64,000 nt of DNA. It comes from Alphaproteobacteria bacterium. Lineage in GTDB: Bacteria > Pseudomonadota > Alphaproteobacteria > VGEJ01. The notes under the pieces were generated by a model, which saw only the letters and a program-made list of their open reading frames with translations, did not search any database and was not told the DNA's origin. Both the position numbers and the translations under genes were made by a program. Below, in pieces: positions 28,646-37,852 of this stretch. The stretch's first letter is position 1. Each line of letters begins with the position of its first letter. Location: contig CBDDBU010000028.1 in the NCBI GenBank assembly GCA_965226045.1, positions 193,387-257,386 of the forward strand. Reading direction: 5' to 3'.

Positions 28646-29101
28646 ATGTCCCACGATCAACTGACCCAGCTCGGAACATCGACGGCACTTCCGATCTCGC
28701 CCGACGAAGCGGTTTTGGAGCGGATCGAGAACTCGAACCGGGGTGCGCCCTATATGGTTCGCTTCACCTGTCCCGAGTTCACCAGCATGTGCCCGGTGAC
28801 GGGCCAGCCGGACTTTGCCCATCTTGTCATCGACCTCGTTCCCGATGCCTATCTCGTGGAGAGCAAGTCGCTCAAGCTTTATCTCGGATCGTTTCGCAAT
28901 CACGGCGCCTTTCACGAGGACTGTACCGTGGCCATCGCCAATCGGCTGATCGATGCTATCGCGCCGTCATGGCTGAGGATCGGAGGCTATTGGTTCCCGC
29001 GCGGCGGCATGCCGATCGACGTTTTCTATCAAACCGACGAGCCGCCGGCGGGCGTATGGGTCCCAGACCAAGGCGTGCCAAGCTATCGGGGCCGCGGCTG
29101 A
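28646..29101 (+). CDS. queF: NADPH-dependent 7-cyano-7-deazaguanine reductase (unimodular QueF)
   Basis: [45 protein letters not shown] motifs; ggaggcggag RBS. Confidence 0.9.
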   Translation: MSHDQLTQLGTSTALPISPDEAVLERIENSNRGAPYMVRFTCPEFTSMCPVTGQPDFAHLVIDLVPDAYLVESKSLKLYLGSFRNHGAFHEDCTVAIANRLIDAIAPSWLRIGGYWFPRGGMPIDVFYQTDEPPAGVWVPDQGVPSYRGRG

Positions 29102-29156
29102 GTTCGCGACCCACGCGTTACCTCGGACCGAGCGCGGCCGGCACGAGAGTTGGGGC

Positions 29157-29552
29157 CTAGGGGTCCATCTCGCCGACCTTGTCGGGGGCGACCTTGACGA
29201 TCAGGCGCTGCTCGCCGGGTTGGCGGTAGGGGTATTCGTCGAGACCCATATATTTCTTGGTCATCTGGTTGACATGTGCGTCCGCGCCCTCGGCGGTTAT
29301 TTCAACCACATGCCCGCGGATCATCGCCAGCTGATAGGGATTCTCGGCGTTGTGAATCGTGATGGCGACGCGCGGATCGCGACGCATGTTTCGGGGCTTA
29401 ATGCGCCCCTCGGCTGTGTTGAAGATCAACAGCTCGCCATCTGTGTCGAGCCAGACCACGCTCGCTTGTGGCGATCCATCCGCCATCAGCGTGGCGACGG
29501 TCGCGAAATTCTTACCCTCGGCGAGTCGTCTTGCCAGTGCCGGCAGTGCCAT
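29157..29552 (-). CDS. Pyridoxamine 5'-phosphate oxidase-like (PPOX class / F420-H2-dependent-like) family protein
   Basis: NFATVATLMADGSPQASVVW...DPRVAITIH split-barrel pattern; start at internal Met (MALPALARRL). Confidence 0.6.
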   Translation of the reverse strand: MALPALARRLAEGKNFATVATLMADGSPQASVVWLDTDGELLIFNTAEGRIKPRNMRRDPRVAITIHNAENPYQLAMIRGHVVEITAEGADAHVNQMTKKYMGLDEYPYRQPGEQRLIVKVAPDKVGEMDP

Positions 29553-29619
29553 TAGTGTGCTCCCTTGTCCGATTCTCGTGAATGTCCAAACGGGACGGTA
29601 GGCCATGTCGCCCGGAGAT

Positions 29620-31100
29620 GTCCCGGTCGATGTTGAAAAGTTGAGGTAGGTGTCGCTCTCCTGGAGCCGTTAGGCTCCGGGTGCTGCAAACCCAAGAGGG
29701 AGAACGACACCATGGGAAAGAATATCCGTAGTTCCAGTAGCCCGAAAGCCCTTGCCACCTCGTTTCCTATGCCGCCGCTGGCAGACGCGATGGACGCAGT
29801 CCGTCTCAGCGTGGATCGGTTCTGTCTCCTGGCCGGGGTCGAGGCCTTGGCCGAGATGATGGAGGAGGACGCCACGACCGTGTGCGGGGCCCGACATCGT
29901 CGCCATGGGAACCGTCGGGGTTATCGCTGGGGCCATACGCAGAGCGAGATCGGCTACCACGGCGGCCGCGTGAAAGTGCAGCGGCCACGGGTTCGCGACC
30001 ATGCTGGCAAGGAGGTGGGTTTGGAGAGCTGGCAGGTGCTGCGCGACGGCAACCTGTTGCTCGAGTGGGCGCTCAACCTGATGGTGCTGAACGTGTCGAC
30101 CCGCAAGTACCACCGCGCGGTCCGTCTGCCCGAGGGCGACCTGGCGAAAGCGCGTGGCGACGGCACCTCGAAGTCGGCCGTTTCCCGGCGCTTTGTGGCG
30201 CTGTCGCGCAAGAAGATGAAGGCCTGGCTTGCCTCGGACCTCTCGGAGCTCGACCTGCTGGTCATCCAGATCGACGGTCTGCATGTCGGCGACCATGTCT
30301 TGGTGGCGGCGATCGGCGTCGATGGCAACGGCGACAAGCATGTCCTGGCCGTGGTCGAGGGGGCGACGGAGAACACTGTCGTCGTCCAGGCCTTGCTCGA
30401 CAATCTCCTCGCCAGGGGGCTCGATCCGACGCTGCCCCGGCTGTTCATCGTCGATGGCGCGAAGGCGCTCAGCAAAGCGATCCGCAACACCTTCGGTGTG
30501 GCCGCCGCCATCCAGCGCTGCCAGGTCCACAAGGGCCGTAACATCATCGAGCGCCTGCCCCTGCATTTGCATGCGAGCGTCAAGAAGGCGCTCCGTCAGG
30601 CCTGGGACCAGGACGACGCAGACAAGGCCGAACGGCTGCTGCGCAACCTGGCCCGGCGTCTGGAGCATGAGGAACCGGGCGTCTCGGGCAGCATCCTGGA
30701 GGGGCTGGACGAGATACTCACCGTCATCCGCCTCGGCCTGCCGCACGAACTCCGGCGCTCGCTCGCCTGCACCAACATCGTCGAGAACGCGCTCGGCACG
30801 GTGCGCCAGGTCACCCGCAACGTCAAACGCTGGAGACACGCCGAGATGGCGCTCAGATGGACCGCCGCCGGCCTGCTGGAGGCCCAGAAAACCTTCCGTC
30901 GCCTCAAGGCCTATCGTCAGCTGCCCATCCTCCGAAATGCTCTCCAGGAACACTTGAGAAAGGCTCAGGCCGACAGTGCCATTGAAACCATCATGAAGGC
31001 AGCATAGCATCATCAACCAGCGACGCCTGCCCCACGAATTTCAACAGAGATAGGGACATCGCCTGTCGCCCAGCCTGACCACCCTTTAGATAAGGCGCTA
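29620..31100 (+). mobile_element. Solitary IS element encoding a divergent Mutator/IS256-like transposase; ends not resolved
   Basis: Transposase ORF flanked by short non-coding arms with weak inverted similarity (tgttgaaaagtt / aacagagatagg...ccacgaatttcaaca). Confidence 0.35.
29712..31007 (+). CDS. Transposase, Mutator-type (distant IS256-like)
   Basis: 431 aa; block order and motifs parallel IS256 Tnp at 49858-51045 (QRPRVRD; DGLHVGDH..AIGVDGNGDKHVLAVVEG; QRCQVHKGRNIIERLP). Confidence 0.6.
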   Translation: MGKNIRSSSSPKALATSFPMPPLADAMDAVRLSVDRFCLLAGVEALAEMMEEDATTVCGARHRRHGNRRGYRWGHTQSEIGYHGGRVKVQRPRVRDHAGKEVGLESWQVLRDGNLLLEWALNLMVLNVSTRKYHRAVRLPEGDLAKARGDGTSKSAVSRRFVALSRKKMKAWLASDLSELDLLVIQIDGLHVGDHVLVAAIGVDGNGDKHVLAVVEGATENTVVVQALLDNLLARGLDPTLPRLFIVDGAKALSKAIRNTFGVAAAIQRCQVHKGRNIIERLPLHLHASVKKALRQAWDQDDADKAERLLRNLARRLEHEEPGVSGSILEGLDEILTVIRLGLPHELRRSLACTNIVENALGTVRQVTRNVKRWRHAEMALRWTAAGLLEAQKTFRRLKAYRQLPILRNALQEHLRKAQADSAIETIMKAA

Positions 31101-31190
31101 GAACCGGCGCTCAGCTTGACAGGGCAGTGCCCTAGGTCATAGCGTTCATGCCACCGCTGCCCTGCGCAAGCGGCCCCGGGGAACAGGGAG

Positions 31191-32615
31191 ATGAAAGTGA
31201 AAGATCGAGACATTCAAGCTCACGACAACGCGATGAAGGGCATCGTCCATCATCGCAAGGGCGAGTTGACCCGGCGCCGCATGATGCAGACGTCGGCGGT
31301 CGCCGCTGGTGCGGCGTTGGCGGTTGATTTCGTGCCCAAGGAAGTGCATGCCGACGTGGGCGGCACGATCGTTCACTTCGCCTCATCGGGCAAGCGGCTC
31401 GCCAACTCGTTGCGCGCGGTGAAGCCGTTGTTCGACAAGGTGTTTCCCAATGTCACGCTCGAGGTGGTGTCGAAGCCGATGAGCGACGCGTTGACACAGA
31501 TCAACACCTATATGCGGTCCAAGAGCGACGCGTTCGACGTAATCACCCAGGATCACGCCCAGTTCGCGGCGCTCGATGCCATGGGCGCGCTCACGGATCT
31601 GGGTCCCTACATCGACCCCTCATCGGATTGGTTCAAGGATTACGAGCAGGATGTGCCGGAGCGCTACCGTCACATGTGGAACGTGCCGAAAGGGGCAGCG
31701 CCGCCAGGCTACATCGCCGCATTGGCCCCCGATGGCAACGCGATGATGACGTTCTATCGCAAGGACGTGTTCGAGAAGGCCGGCATCAAGGTGCCGACCA
31801 CGTGGGACGACGCCATCGAGGCGGCCAAGGAGATCCACGATCCAGAGCATGAGCGCTATGCGTACTGCGCGGCGATGGCGCGGAGCTTCTGGGCCGGTTA
31901 TCAGTTCTTCGGTATCCTGCGGAGCTGGGGCGGGGACTACTTCGCCGATGAGGCCAACGGGGACTGGACCCCCACCATCGAATCGGAGGAAGGCTACCAG
32001 TCGCTGCGGATTCTCACTGAATTGCAGAAATATGCCCACCCGGTCTCGCTGAACGCGGGCGAAGACGAGGTCAACCAGGTCTTCGCCCAGGGCCACGCCT
32101 TGTACAGCCCGTTGACCTGGGGCACCGCGACGCTCAACGATCCCACCTACTCCGAGTACCATCAGGATTGGCACATGGACCTCACGCCCAAGGGCACGAC
32201 GCCGAAGTCGGACCACCGGGCGCTGGCGGGCGGTTTCGGTCAGTTCATGCCGACCTGGGGCGGAAACCGCGAGACCGCGTTCGCGTGGATCAAGTTCCTG
32301 AACTCGGGTGACCGCACGGAGTTGGGCGGTGACCCGGCGATCGCCGACGCCATCGTCGGTGCCGGCGGTCAGCTCTCGCGACGCTCCACCCTCAGTCGGT
32401 GGGCCGACCAGAAACCGTTCTTCAATGGGCTTCTCAAGGCCTACCCCGTGGCCGTCGTCAACGCCCCCGTCATTCCAGAGGCCTATGCGATCATGGGCGC
32501 GGTTGGCGAGGAGGTGGCCGACGCGGTCAACGACATCAAGAGCATCGAGGATGCCTTGAAGGACGCCAACAGGCGGACTCAGCGCATCATGGAGGACAGC
32601 GGCTACTACAACTAG
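31191..32615 (+). CDS. ABC transporter extracellular solute-binding protein, family 1 (sugar/polyol), Tat-type signal
   Basis: 474 aa; TRRRMMQTSAVAAGAALAV twin-arginine signal; SBP_bac_1-like; true start may be Met15. Confidence 0.8.
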   Translation: MKVKDRDIQAHDNAMKGIVHHRKGELTRRRMMQTSAVAAGAALAVDFVPKEVHADVGGTIVHFASSGKRLANSLRAVKPLFDKVFPNVTLEVVSKPMSDALTQINTYMRSKSDAFDVITQDHAQFAALDAMGALTDLGPYIDPSSDWFKDYEQDVPERYRHMWNVPKGAAPPGYIAALAPDGNAMMTFYRKDVFEKAGIKVPTTWDDAIEAAKEIHDPEHERYAYCAAMARSFWAGYQFFGILRSWGGDYFADEANGDWTPTIESEEGYQSLRILTELQKYAHPVSLNAGEDEVNQVFAQGHALYSPLTWGTATLNDPTYSEYHQDWHMDLTPKGTTPKSDHRALAGGFGQFMPTWGGNRETAFAWIKFLNSGDRTELGGDPAIADAIVGAGGQLSRRSTLSRWADQKPFFNGLLKAYPVAVVNAPVIPEAYAIMGAVGEEVADAVNDIKSIEDALKDANRRTQRIMEDSGYYN

Positions 32616-32648
32616 GCCGGTCTGTTCCCCGACGGAGGAACTACGGTC

Positions 32649-33629
32649 GTGACCACGACTAGTGGCAAGGCCCGGCTGCCGACTTCGGCCGCTGGGCCCG
32701 CCGCGCCCTCCAAGGAGCCGCGCGCGGGCGCCGTCGCACGCGAGCGTCGGCGCAACGCATATATTTTGCTGGCGCCATGCGTGGTGGTTCTCATCGTGCT
32801 GGCGATCTATCCGATGTTTTTCTCCGGGTGGCTCTCCTTTAGGGTCGACCCTTTGTACAACCCCAACGTCGCTCGCTTCATCGGGTGGCGAAACTACGAC
32901 GATCTATTCCACGACTTCCGCTTTTGGCAGAGCATTCGCCTGACGGTGCTGTGGGCGCTGATCGTCGTCACCATACAAATGGTGTTGGGTTTCTTTTTAG
33001 CCGTTCTGCTGGATCGCAAGATGCGGGGCGCGGGCTTGTTGCGCTCGCTCATCATCATTCCCGTGTTTATCTCGCCGATCGCCATGGGGTTGACGTGGCG
33101 GTTCATTTTCGAGCCCGTCGCCGGCCTTGCCAATTGGATCGTCAGCAAAGGCTTGGGGCTGGAGAAATACTCCTGGCTCTCGCACAAGGACACCGCCCTC
33201 AGCACGTTGATGATTGTCGATTGCTGGCAGTGGACTCCGTTCGTCGCCTTGATCTTGCTGGCGGGGATGCAGAGCATCTCGCCAGAAATTACCGAGGCCG
33301 CGCGTCTCGACCGTATCCGCGGCACGGCCTACTATACGCGGATCGTGATTCCGCTGATCCGGCCGGTCATCATGGTCGTTGTGCTGTTACGACTCGTCGA
33401 TTCAATCCGCATCTTCGATCTCAACTTCATCATGACCAAGGGCGGCCCGGGATCGTCGACGCTCATGGCGAGTGTTTATGACTACACGATCTTCGAGCAG
33501 GGGCACCTCGGTCTGATGGCGGCGTATGGGTTTCTCATACTCATCCTCATCAACATCATCGTGGCCATCTTTCTCAACACCCTCTACCGCGCCGAAAAGG
33601 CGGCGCGACTGGCGGACGCCAAAAACTGA
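32649..33629 (+). CDS. ABC sugar transporter permease (MalF/UgpA-like)
   Basis: 326 aa, 6 TM, EAA loop (ITEAARLDRIRG). Confidence 0.9.
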   Translation: MTTTSGKARLPTSAAGPAAPSKEPRAGAVARERRRNAYILLAPCVVVLIVLAIYPMFFSGWLSFRVDPLYNPNVARFIGWRNYDDLFHDFRFWQSIRLTVLWALIVVTIQMVLGFFLAVLLDRKMRGAGLLRSLIIIPVFISPIAMGLTWRFIFEPVAGLANWIVSKGLGLEKYSWLSHKDTALSTLMIVDCWQWTPFVALILLAGMQSISPEITEAARLDRIRGTAYYTRIVIPLIRPVIMVVVLLRLVDSIRIFDLNFIMTKGGPGSSTLMASVYDYTIFEQGHLGLMAAYGFLILILINIIVAIFLNTLYRAEKAARLADAKN

Positions 33630-34450
33630 TGCGTCAGGATGCAACAGCGCGCGCGATCAACGTGCTGGCCGTGGTCGTGGTCGGCATCTGGCTCATTCCG
33701 GTGCTGTGGGTCGCGCTGACCTCGATCAAGCCGACCAGGGTCATCAACGCGTCCGAACCCACGTTCTATTCGTTCGCGCCGACCAATGAGCACTACATCG
33801 AGATCTTCGACCGGTTCCTGTTCCACCGCGCGATGATCAACAGTCTGGTCACGGTCGGCGTATCCACGTTCATCGTCATGCTTCTGGCGCTGCCGGCGGC
33901 GTATGCGGTTGCGCGAATGGGGTTAGTGGGGGGCGATACCTGGGCCCTTGTCATACTCTCATTGCGATTCATGCCAGGCGTGGTGGTGGTGCTGCCCTAT
34001 TTCAAGATGGCCAACGGGTTTGGTCTAATTGATTCACAGCTCGCCCTCATTATCGTCTACACCGCTTTCGGCTTGCCGTTCGCCGTGTGGCTTCTGCGCG
34101 GATTCCTGTTGGATCTGCCCAAGGAGGTAGAGGAGGCGGGCCGCCTCGACGGGCTGAGTTGGACGGGCATCATCTTTCGCCTGATTCTGCCCATGGCGCG
34201 GCCGGGCATCGCGGTCACCGCCATCTTCACGTTCGTGTTCAGTTGGAACGAGTACCTGTTCGCCCTGTTTTTGACCTATGACAAAGCGACGACCATGCCG
34301 GTCGCGCTGCAAAAGACGATCGATCTTTACAACGTGCTGTGGGGATCGCTCAGCGCCGGCGCGGTCATCCAGCTGTTACCGATGATCCTGGTCGTCTTCT
34401 TGCTGCAACGGCACATCGCCCGCGGCCTCGCCCTCGGCGCCGTCAAGTAG
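33629..34450 (+). CDS. ABC sugar transporter permease (MalG/UgpE-like)
   Basis: 273 aa, EAA loop (VEEAGRLDGLSW); 1-nt overlap with upstream gene. Confidence 0.9.
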   Translation: MRQDATARAINVLAVVVVGIWLIPVLWVALTSIKPTRVINASEPTFYSFAPTNEHYIEIFDRFLFHRAMINSLVTVGVSTFIVMLLALPAAYAVARMGLVGGDTWALVILSLRFMPGVVVVLPYFKMANGFGLIDSQLALIIVYTAFGLPFAVWLLRGFLLDLPKEVEEAGRLDGLSWTGIIFRLILPMARPGIAVTAIFTFVFSWNEYLFALFLTYDKATTMPVALQKTIDLYNVLWGSLSAGAVIQLLPMILVVFLLQRHIARGLALGAVK

Positions 34451-35100
34451 CCGATCTCGAGCTATAAGTCGGTTCAAACTGGCACACATACTGGGTTGAA
34501 CATCTTGGAATTTGATACCAAGGCTAAGATGAACAAAGTCATTAAGGCTATGAATGCCGCCCGTGGCGATGTAGGAGATGCGGGGGGGGGGGGGGTACGC
34601 AGATGTGGGTTTATACCGGGCAAGTCAAAGTCAGCGGCTAACTCCCATCCAGTTTTATTAAAGATCAAATCAACGAAGGAATTCCTATGAGTGCAGGTGT
34701 ATATAGAATTGACTTTTCATCAGCTGATGAAGTGCGACGCCCAGAAAAAACAACCATAGAAATTGTTAATGTAGGAGCTAACAAAGTTATGCGTGTAACC
34801 GCCCAGGCTGGATGGGCCTGGTCCGAATGCATTGCACCAGTGGTAGGTACGGACAGTTGTCAGGTGCACCATCTCGGAGTAGTGCAATCAGGCCAATTAC
34901 ACGTTCAACATGAAGACGGAAGCGAAATCACTTGGGGCCCGGGTGATGTATACGTATGCAAGCCTGGACACCAAGCACAAGTAGTTGGAGATGAGCCTTG
35001 CGTAATGCTTGAGTTTAATAACGAAACGGCCGCGACTTACGCCAAAGGCTAACGGCGCTGCTGGGCGCCACCAAATCTGGCGCGTAGGACCAATGGTGGA
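34451..35100 (+). other. Low-GC (~45%) island between two high-GC operons containing a G13 homopolymer and a cupin gene
   Basis: Composition drops sharply vs ~66% flanks; ggggggggggggg at 34574-34586; AT-rich codon usage in the cupin ORF. Confidence 0.7.
34687..35052 (+). CDS. Cupin-domain small protein (atypical composition, probably horizontally acquired)
   Basis: 121 aa; aaggaa RBS; beta-rich sequence with His/Glu cupin-like motif (QVHHLGVVQSGQLHVQHEDGSEITWGPGDVYVCKPGHQAQ). Confidence 0.55.
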   Translation: MSAGVYRIDFSSADEVRRPEKTTIEIVNVGANKVMRVTAQAGWAWSECIAPVVGTDSCQVHHLGVVQSGQLHVQHEDGSEITWGPGDVYVCKPGHQAQVVGDEPCVMLEFNNETAATYAKG

Positions 35101-35103
35101 GAC

Positions 35104-37017
35104 GTGAAGCGCGGCGGACCCCCAGCGGCCCGAGACAAGAAATCCCGGCTGGCGCCCCCGCGGGAGGTCGTCGACAGGGCGCTGGCCGCGGCGGTTGAGC
35201 AGCACCGGGCCGGGCATACAGCCGAAGCCGCGGCTATCTACCAGGAAATCTTGCACGCGCGGCCAGGTCACGCCGATACGTTACATTTGTTTGGCGTCCT
35301 GAACGCCCAGGCCGGTCGGTTGAGCGAGGCGGTGACGCTGCTTTCCAAGGCGGCCCGCAAGCAGCCGCGCAATGCCGCCTTCTTGAGCGATCTTGGCAAT
35401 GCCCTCAGGCAAGCTAGGCGGTGGGACGAGGCGATCGCGACCTATCGTCGCGCCACCGCTATTGAGAGTGGCGATGCCAGTATCCACTACAACCTTGGCA
35501 ATGCGCTGCGCGACGCGGGCCATCTGGAGCCGGCTACCCAGGCATATCGTAAGGCGCTCTCCCTTCAAGCCGATCATCTGCCCGCCCAATCCCATCTCGG
35601 GCTGGCGCTGTTCCGCATGGGGCGTGGCGAGGAGGCGGTGGCCGTGCTCCGGCGCGCCGTCGAAATAGACCCTGGCGCGGCCGAACCACACTCCAATCTT
35701 GGCAACGCGCTGCGCGACCTCGGTGAGCTTGAGGAGGCCGAGCAAAGCCTGCTTCGGGCGCTCGACATAAAACCAGACTACGCCGCCGCGGCGTGCAATC
35801 TCGGCAATGTCTTACAAGACCTGCATCGATTGGAGGCGGCGGAAGCAGCGTATCGTCGCGCCATCGAGATCGACCCCGACTACGCGACCGCGCACTCGAA
35901 CCTGGGCAACGCGCTCCAGGGCCTGCATCGATTGGACGAGGCGGTGGCCTGTGGCGAGCGGGCGGTCGCCCTTGATCCGCGCCGTGATAGCCACCTCTCG
36001 AATCTTGGTGTTTCCTATGTCGCCGGTGGTCAGCACGACAAGGCGCTCGAGTGTTTGGGGCGCGCCACCGTACTGCGCCATGGCACGCCGCTGACCGTGG
36101 ATGGCATCGAGGCGGGTGAGGCGGGCGATCGCACGGTCGTCCCGTTCAAGCTGAAGCACGATGCCGAGCAGATCCGCTATTTGTGCGTGGCGGGGCAGCT
36201 GCCCACGCCGTTCGAGCGGGTGGCGGCGAGCTATGAGAGTATTCTCGACGCGGCGCCGGCCGATAGCTCCCCTCAAGTGCCGATTCAGCTCAATCGCCAG
36301 CGCTGGCGGGAGATTGGTGCCGTCTACAATCGCCCGCTGCACCTTCCCGGCGCCCCGGCGCTCGAAGGCGGCACGCTGAACCCGGGACTGGACGTGGATG
36401 CGATCGAGGCCGCCTACCTCGGTGGCCAACCCAATGTCGTCTTCTTCGACGATTTGTTGTGCGACGAGGCGCTAGAGCGGCTGTGGCGCTTCTGCCTCGA
36501 TGCGACGATCTGGTATCAGGTGAAGCACGGTTACCTCGGCGCCTACCTCATCGACGGCTTCGGCACGGCACTGACCTTGCAAATCGCCGCCGAGCTGCGG
36601 GCGCGGTTCCCGCACATCTTTGGCGACCATCAGCTGAATCAAATGTGGGCCTACAAGTACGATTCTCAGCTTCAGGGCATCAAAACGCACGCCGACTTCG
36701 CGGCCGTGAATGTCAATTTCTGGGTCACGCCGGATGCCGCCAATCGCGATCCGAACTCGGGCGGGCTGGTCGTTCACAAGGCGGTCGCGCCGTCCGATTG
36801 GGCCTTCCGCAAATACAACAGCGACGGCGCGGCGATGGAGGCATTTCTGAGCACGGTCGACGATGAGCCGCTGGTCGTACCGTACCGCCAGAACCGGGTG
36901 GTGATGTTCGATTCAGATCTGTTTCACCGCACCGACGATCTCGATTTTCACGCCGGCTACGAAAATCGGCGCATCAACGTCACGATGCTGTTTGGCGACC
37001 GCCACGAGGACGGATAG
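35104..37017 (+). CDS. TPR-repeat protein with C-terminal 2OG-Fe(II)-oxygenase-like (ASPH/P4H-like) domain
   Basis: ~8 TPR units (AAAIYQEIL..., YNLGNALRDAG..., SNLGNAL...) then domain with THAD (HxD), GGLVVH, RINVTMLF (facial triad + Arg) pattern; GTG start. Confidence 0.55.
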   Translation: MKRGGPPAARDKKSRLAPPREVVDRALAAAVEQHRAGHTAEAAAIYQEILHARPGHADTLHLFGVLNAQAGRLSEAVTLLSKAARKQPRNAAFLSDLGNALRQARRWDEAIATYRRATAIESGDASIHYNLGNALRDAGHLEPATQAYRKALSLQADHLPAQSHLGLALFRMGRGEEAVAVLRRAVEIDPGAAEPHSNLGNALRDLGELEEAEQSLLRALDIKPDYAAAACNLGNVLQDLHRLEAAEAAYRRAIEIDPDYATAHSNLGNALQGLHRLDEAVACGERAVALDPRRDSHLSNLGVSYVAGGQHDKALECLGRATVLRHGTPLTVDGIEAGEAGDRTVVPFKLKHDAEQIRYLCVAGQLPTPFERVAASYESILDAAPADSSPQVPIQLNRQRWREIGAVYNRPLHLPGAPALEGGTLNPGLDVDAIEAAYLGGQPNVVFFDDLLCDEALERLWRFCLDATIWYQVKHGYLGAYLIDGFGTALTLQIAAELRARFPHIFGDHQLNQMWAYKYDSQLQGIKTHADFAAVNVNFWVTPDAANRDPNSGGLVVHKAVAPSDWAFRKYNSDGAAMEAFLSTVDDEPLVVPYRQNRVVMFDSDLFHRTDDLDFHAGYENRRINVTMLFGDRHEDG

Positions 37018-37031
37018 GCGACCACCGTGCG

Positions 37032-37802
37032 CTACCCGGGGCCCCGCGCCACGAAAAACGGGTTCTCGAAGCCGGGCTTGCCGTAGCGGAGGTCGTCGCC
37101 CTCGAGGGTACGCACGCTGCCGCCCGCAGCGCGCAGGACCGCGTGCCCGGCGGCGGTGTCCCACTCCATCGTCCGGCCGAGGCGGGGATAAAGATCGGCC
37201 TCGCCCATCGCCACCAGGCAGAATTTGAGCGAACTCCCCGCCGCCGCGAAGCTTTTCACCGCCATCGATTCCAGCCATTCGTCGGTGCGCGCGTCGCGAT
37301 GCGAGCGGCTGGCGACCACGACGTAGCCCGCCTCGTCGGGCTCGCGCACCGCGATGGCACGGGTGCCGCCGGCGTCGCGGCATTGTGCGCGGCCCGGCCC
37401 GCTCGCCCAGCAGCTCAGGCCCTTGGCCGGGATGTGAACGACGCCGAGGGTCGGCCAGCCCTCTTCGATCAGCGCGATGTTGACGGTGAATTCTCCGTTG
37501 CGACCGATGAATTCGCGCGTCCCGTCGAGGGGGTCGACCAACCAGAACGGGCCGCCCGACACATCGGGTATCTTGCCGGCCGCGACCGCCTCCTCGGCGA
37601 CGGCGGGGATGTCGGGCGTCAATTCGGCGAGGCCATCGAGAATGACACGTTCGGCGGCGACGTCGGCCAGCGTGACCGGCGATTCGTCGTCCTTGTGCCT
37701 GACCTCGATCTTGCCGTCGTAGTATTTAAGTATGACCTCTCCGGCCCGCACGGCGAGGCTGCGGATCGCCACGGCGAGCTGCTCTCCGTCCGCTATCGGC
37801 AC
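37032..37802 (-). CDS. cysQ: 3'(2'),5'-bisphosphate nucleotidase CysQ / inositol-monophosphatase family
   Basis: WLVDPLDGTREF, GEADLYPRLGRTMEWDTAAG motifs; GTG start at 37802 with ggggga RBS chosen (ORF-finder ATG 37913 gives Arg-rich non-homologous leader). Confidence 0.7.
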   Translation of the reverse strand: MPIADGEQLAVAIRSLAVRAGEVILKYYDGKIEVRHKDDESPVTLADVAAERVILDGLAELTPDIPAVAEEAVAAGKIPDVSGGPFWLVDPLDGTREFIGRNGEFTVNIALIEEGWPTLGVVHIPAKGLSCWASGPGRAQCRDAGGTRAIAVREPDEAGYVVVASRSHRDARTDEWLESMAVKSFAAAGSSLKFCLVAMGEADLYPRLGRTMEWDTAAGHAVLRAAGGSVRTLEGDDLRYGKPGFENPFFVARGPG

Positions 37803-37852
37803 AGGTAGTCCCCCGTTGAAGGTGTCACGACGTGGCGTCGAGGAGGGCGGCC

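Noticed and set aside
29670-31016. 448-aa minus-strand ORF across the Mutator-type transposase
   Set aside because: Antisense shadow; no motifs.
34496-34690. 64-aa ORF MNILEFDTKAKMNKVIKAMNAARGDV... in the low-GC island as a confident gene
   Set aside because: Reading frame depends on the exact length of the G13 tract and no family resemblance recognised; reported only as part of the island finding.
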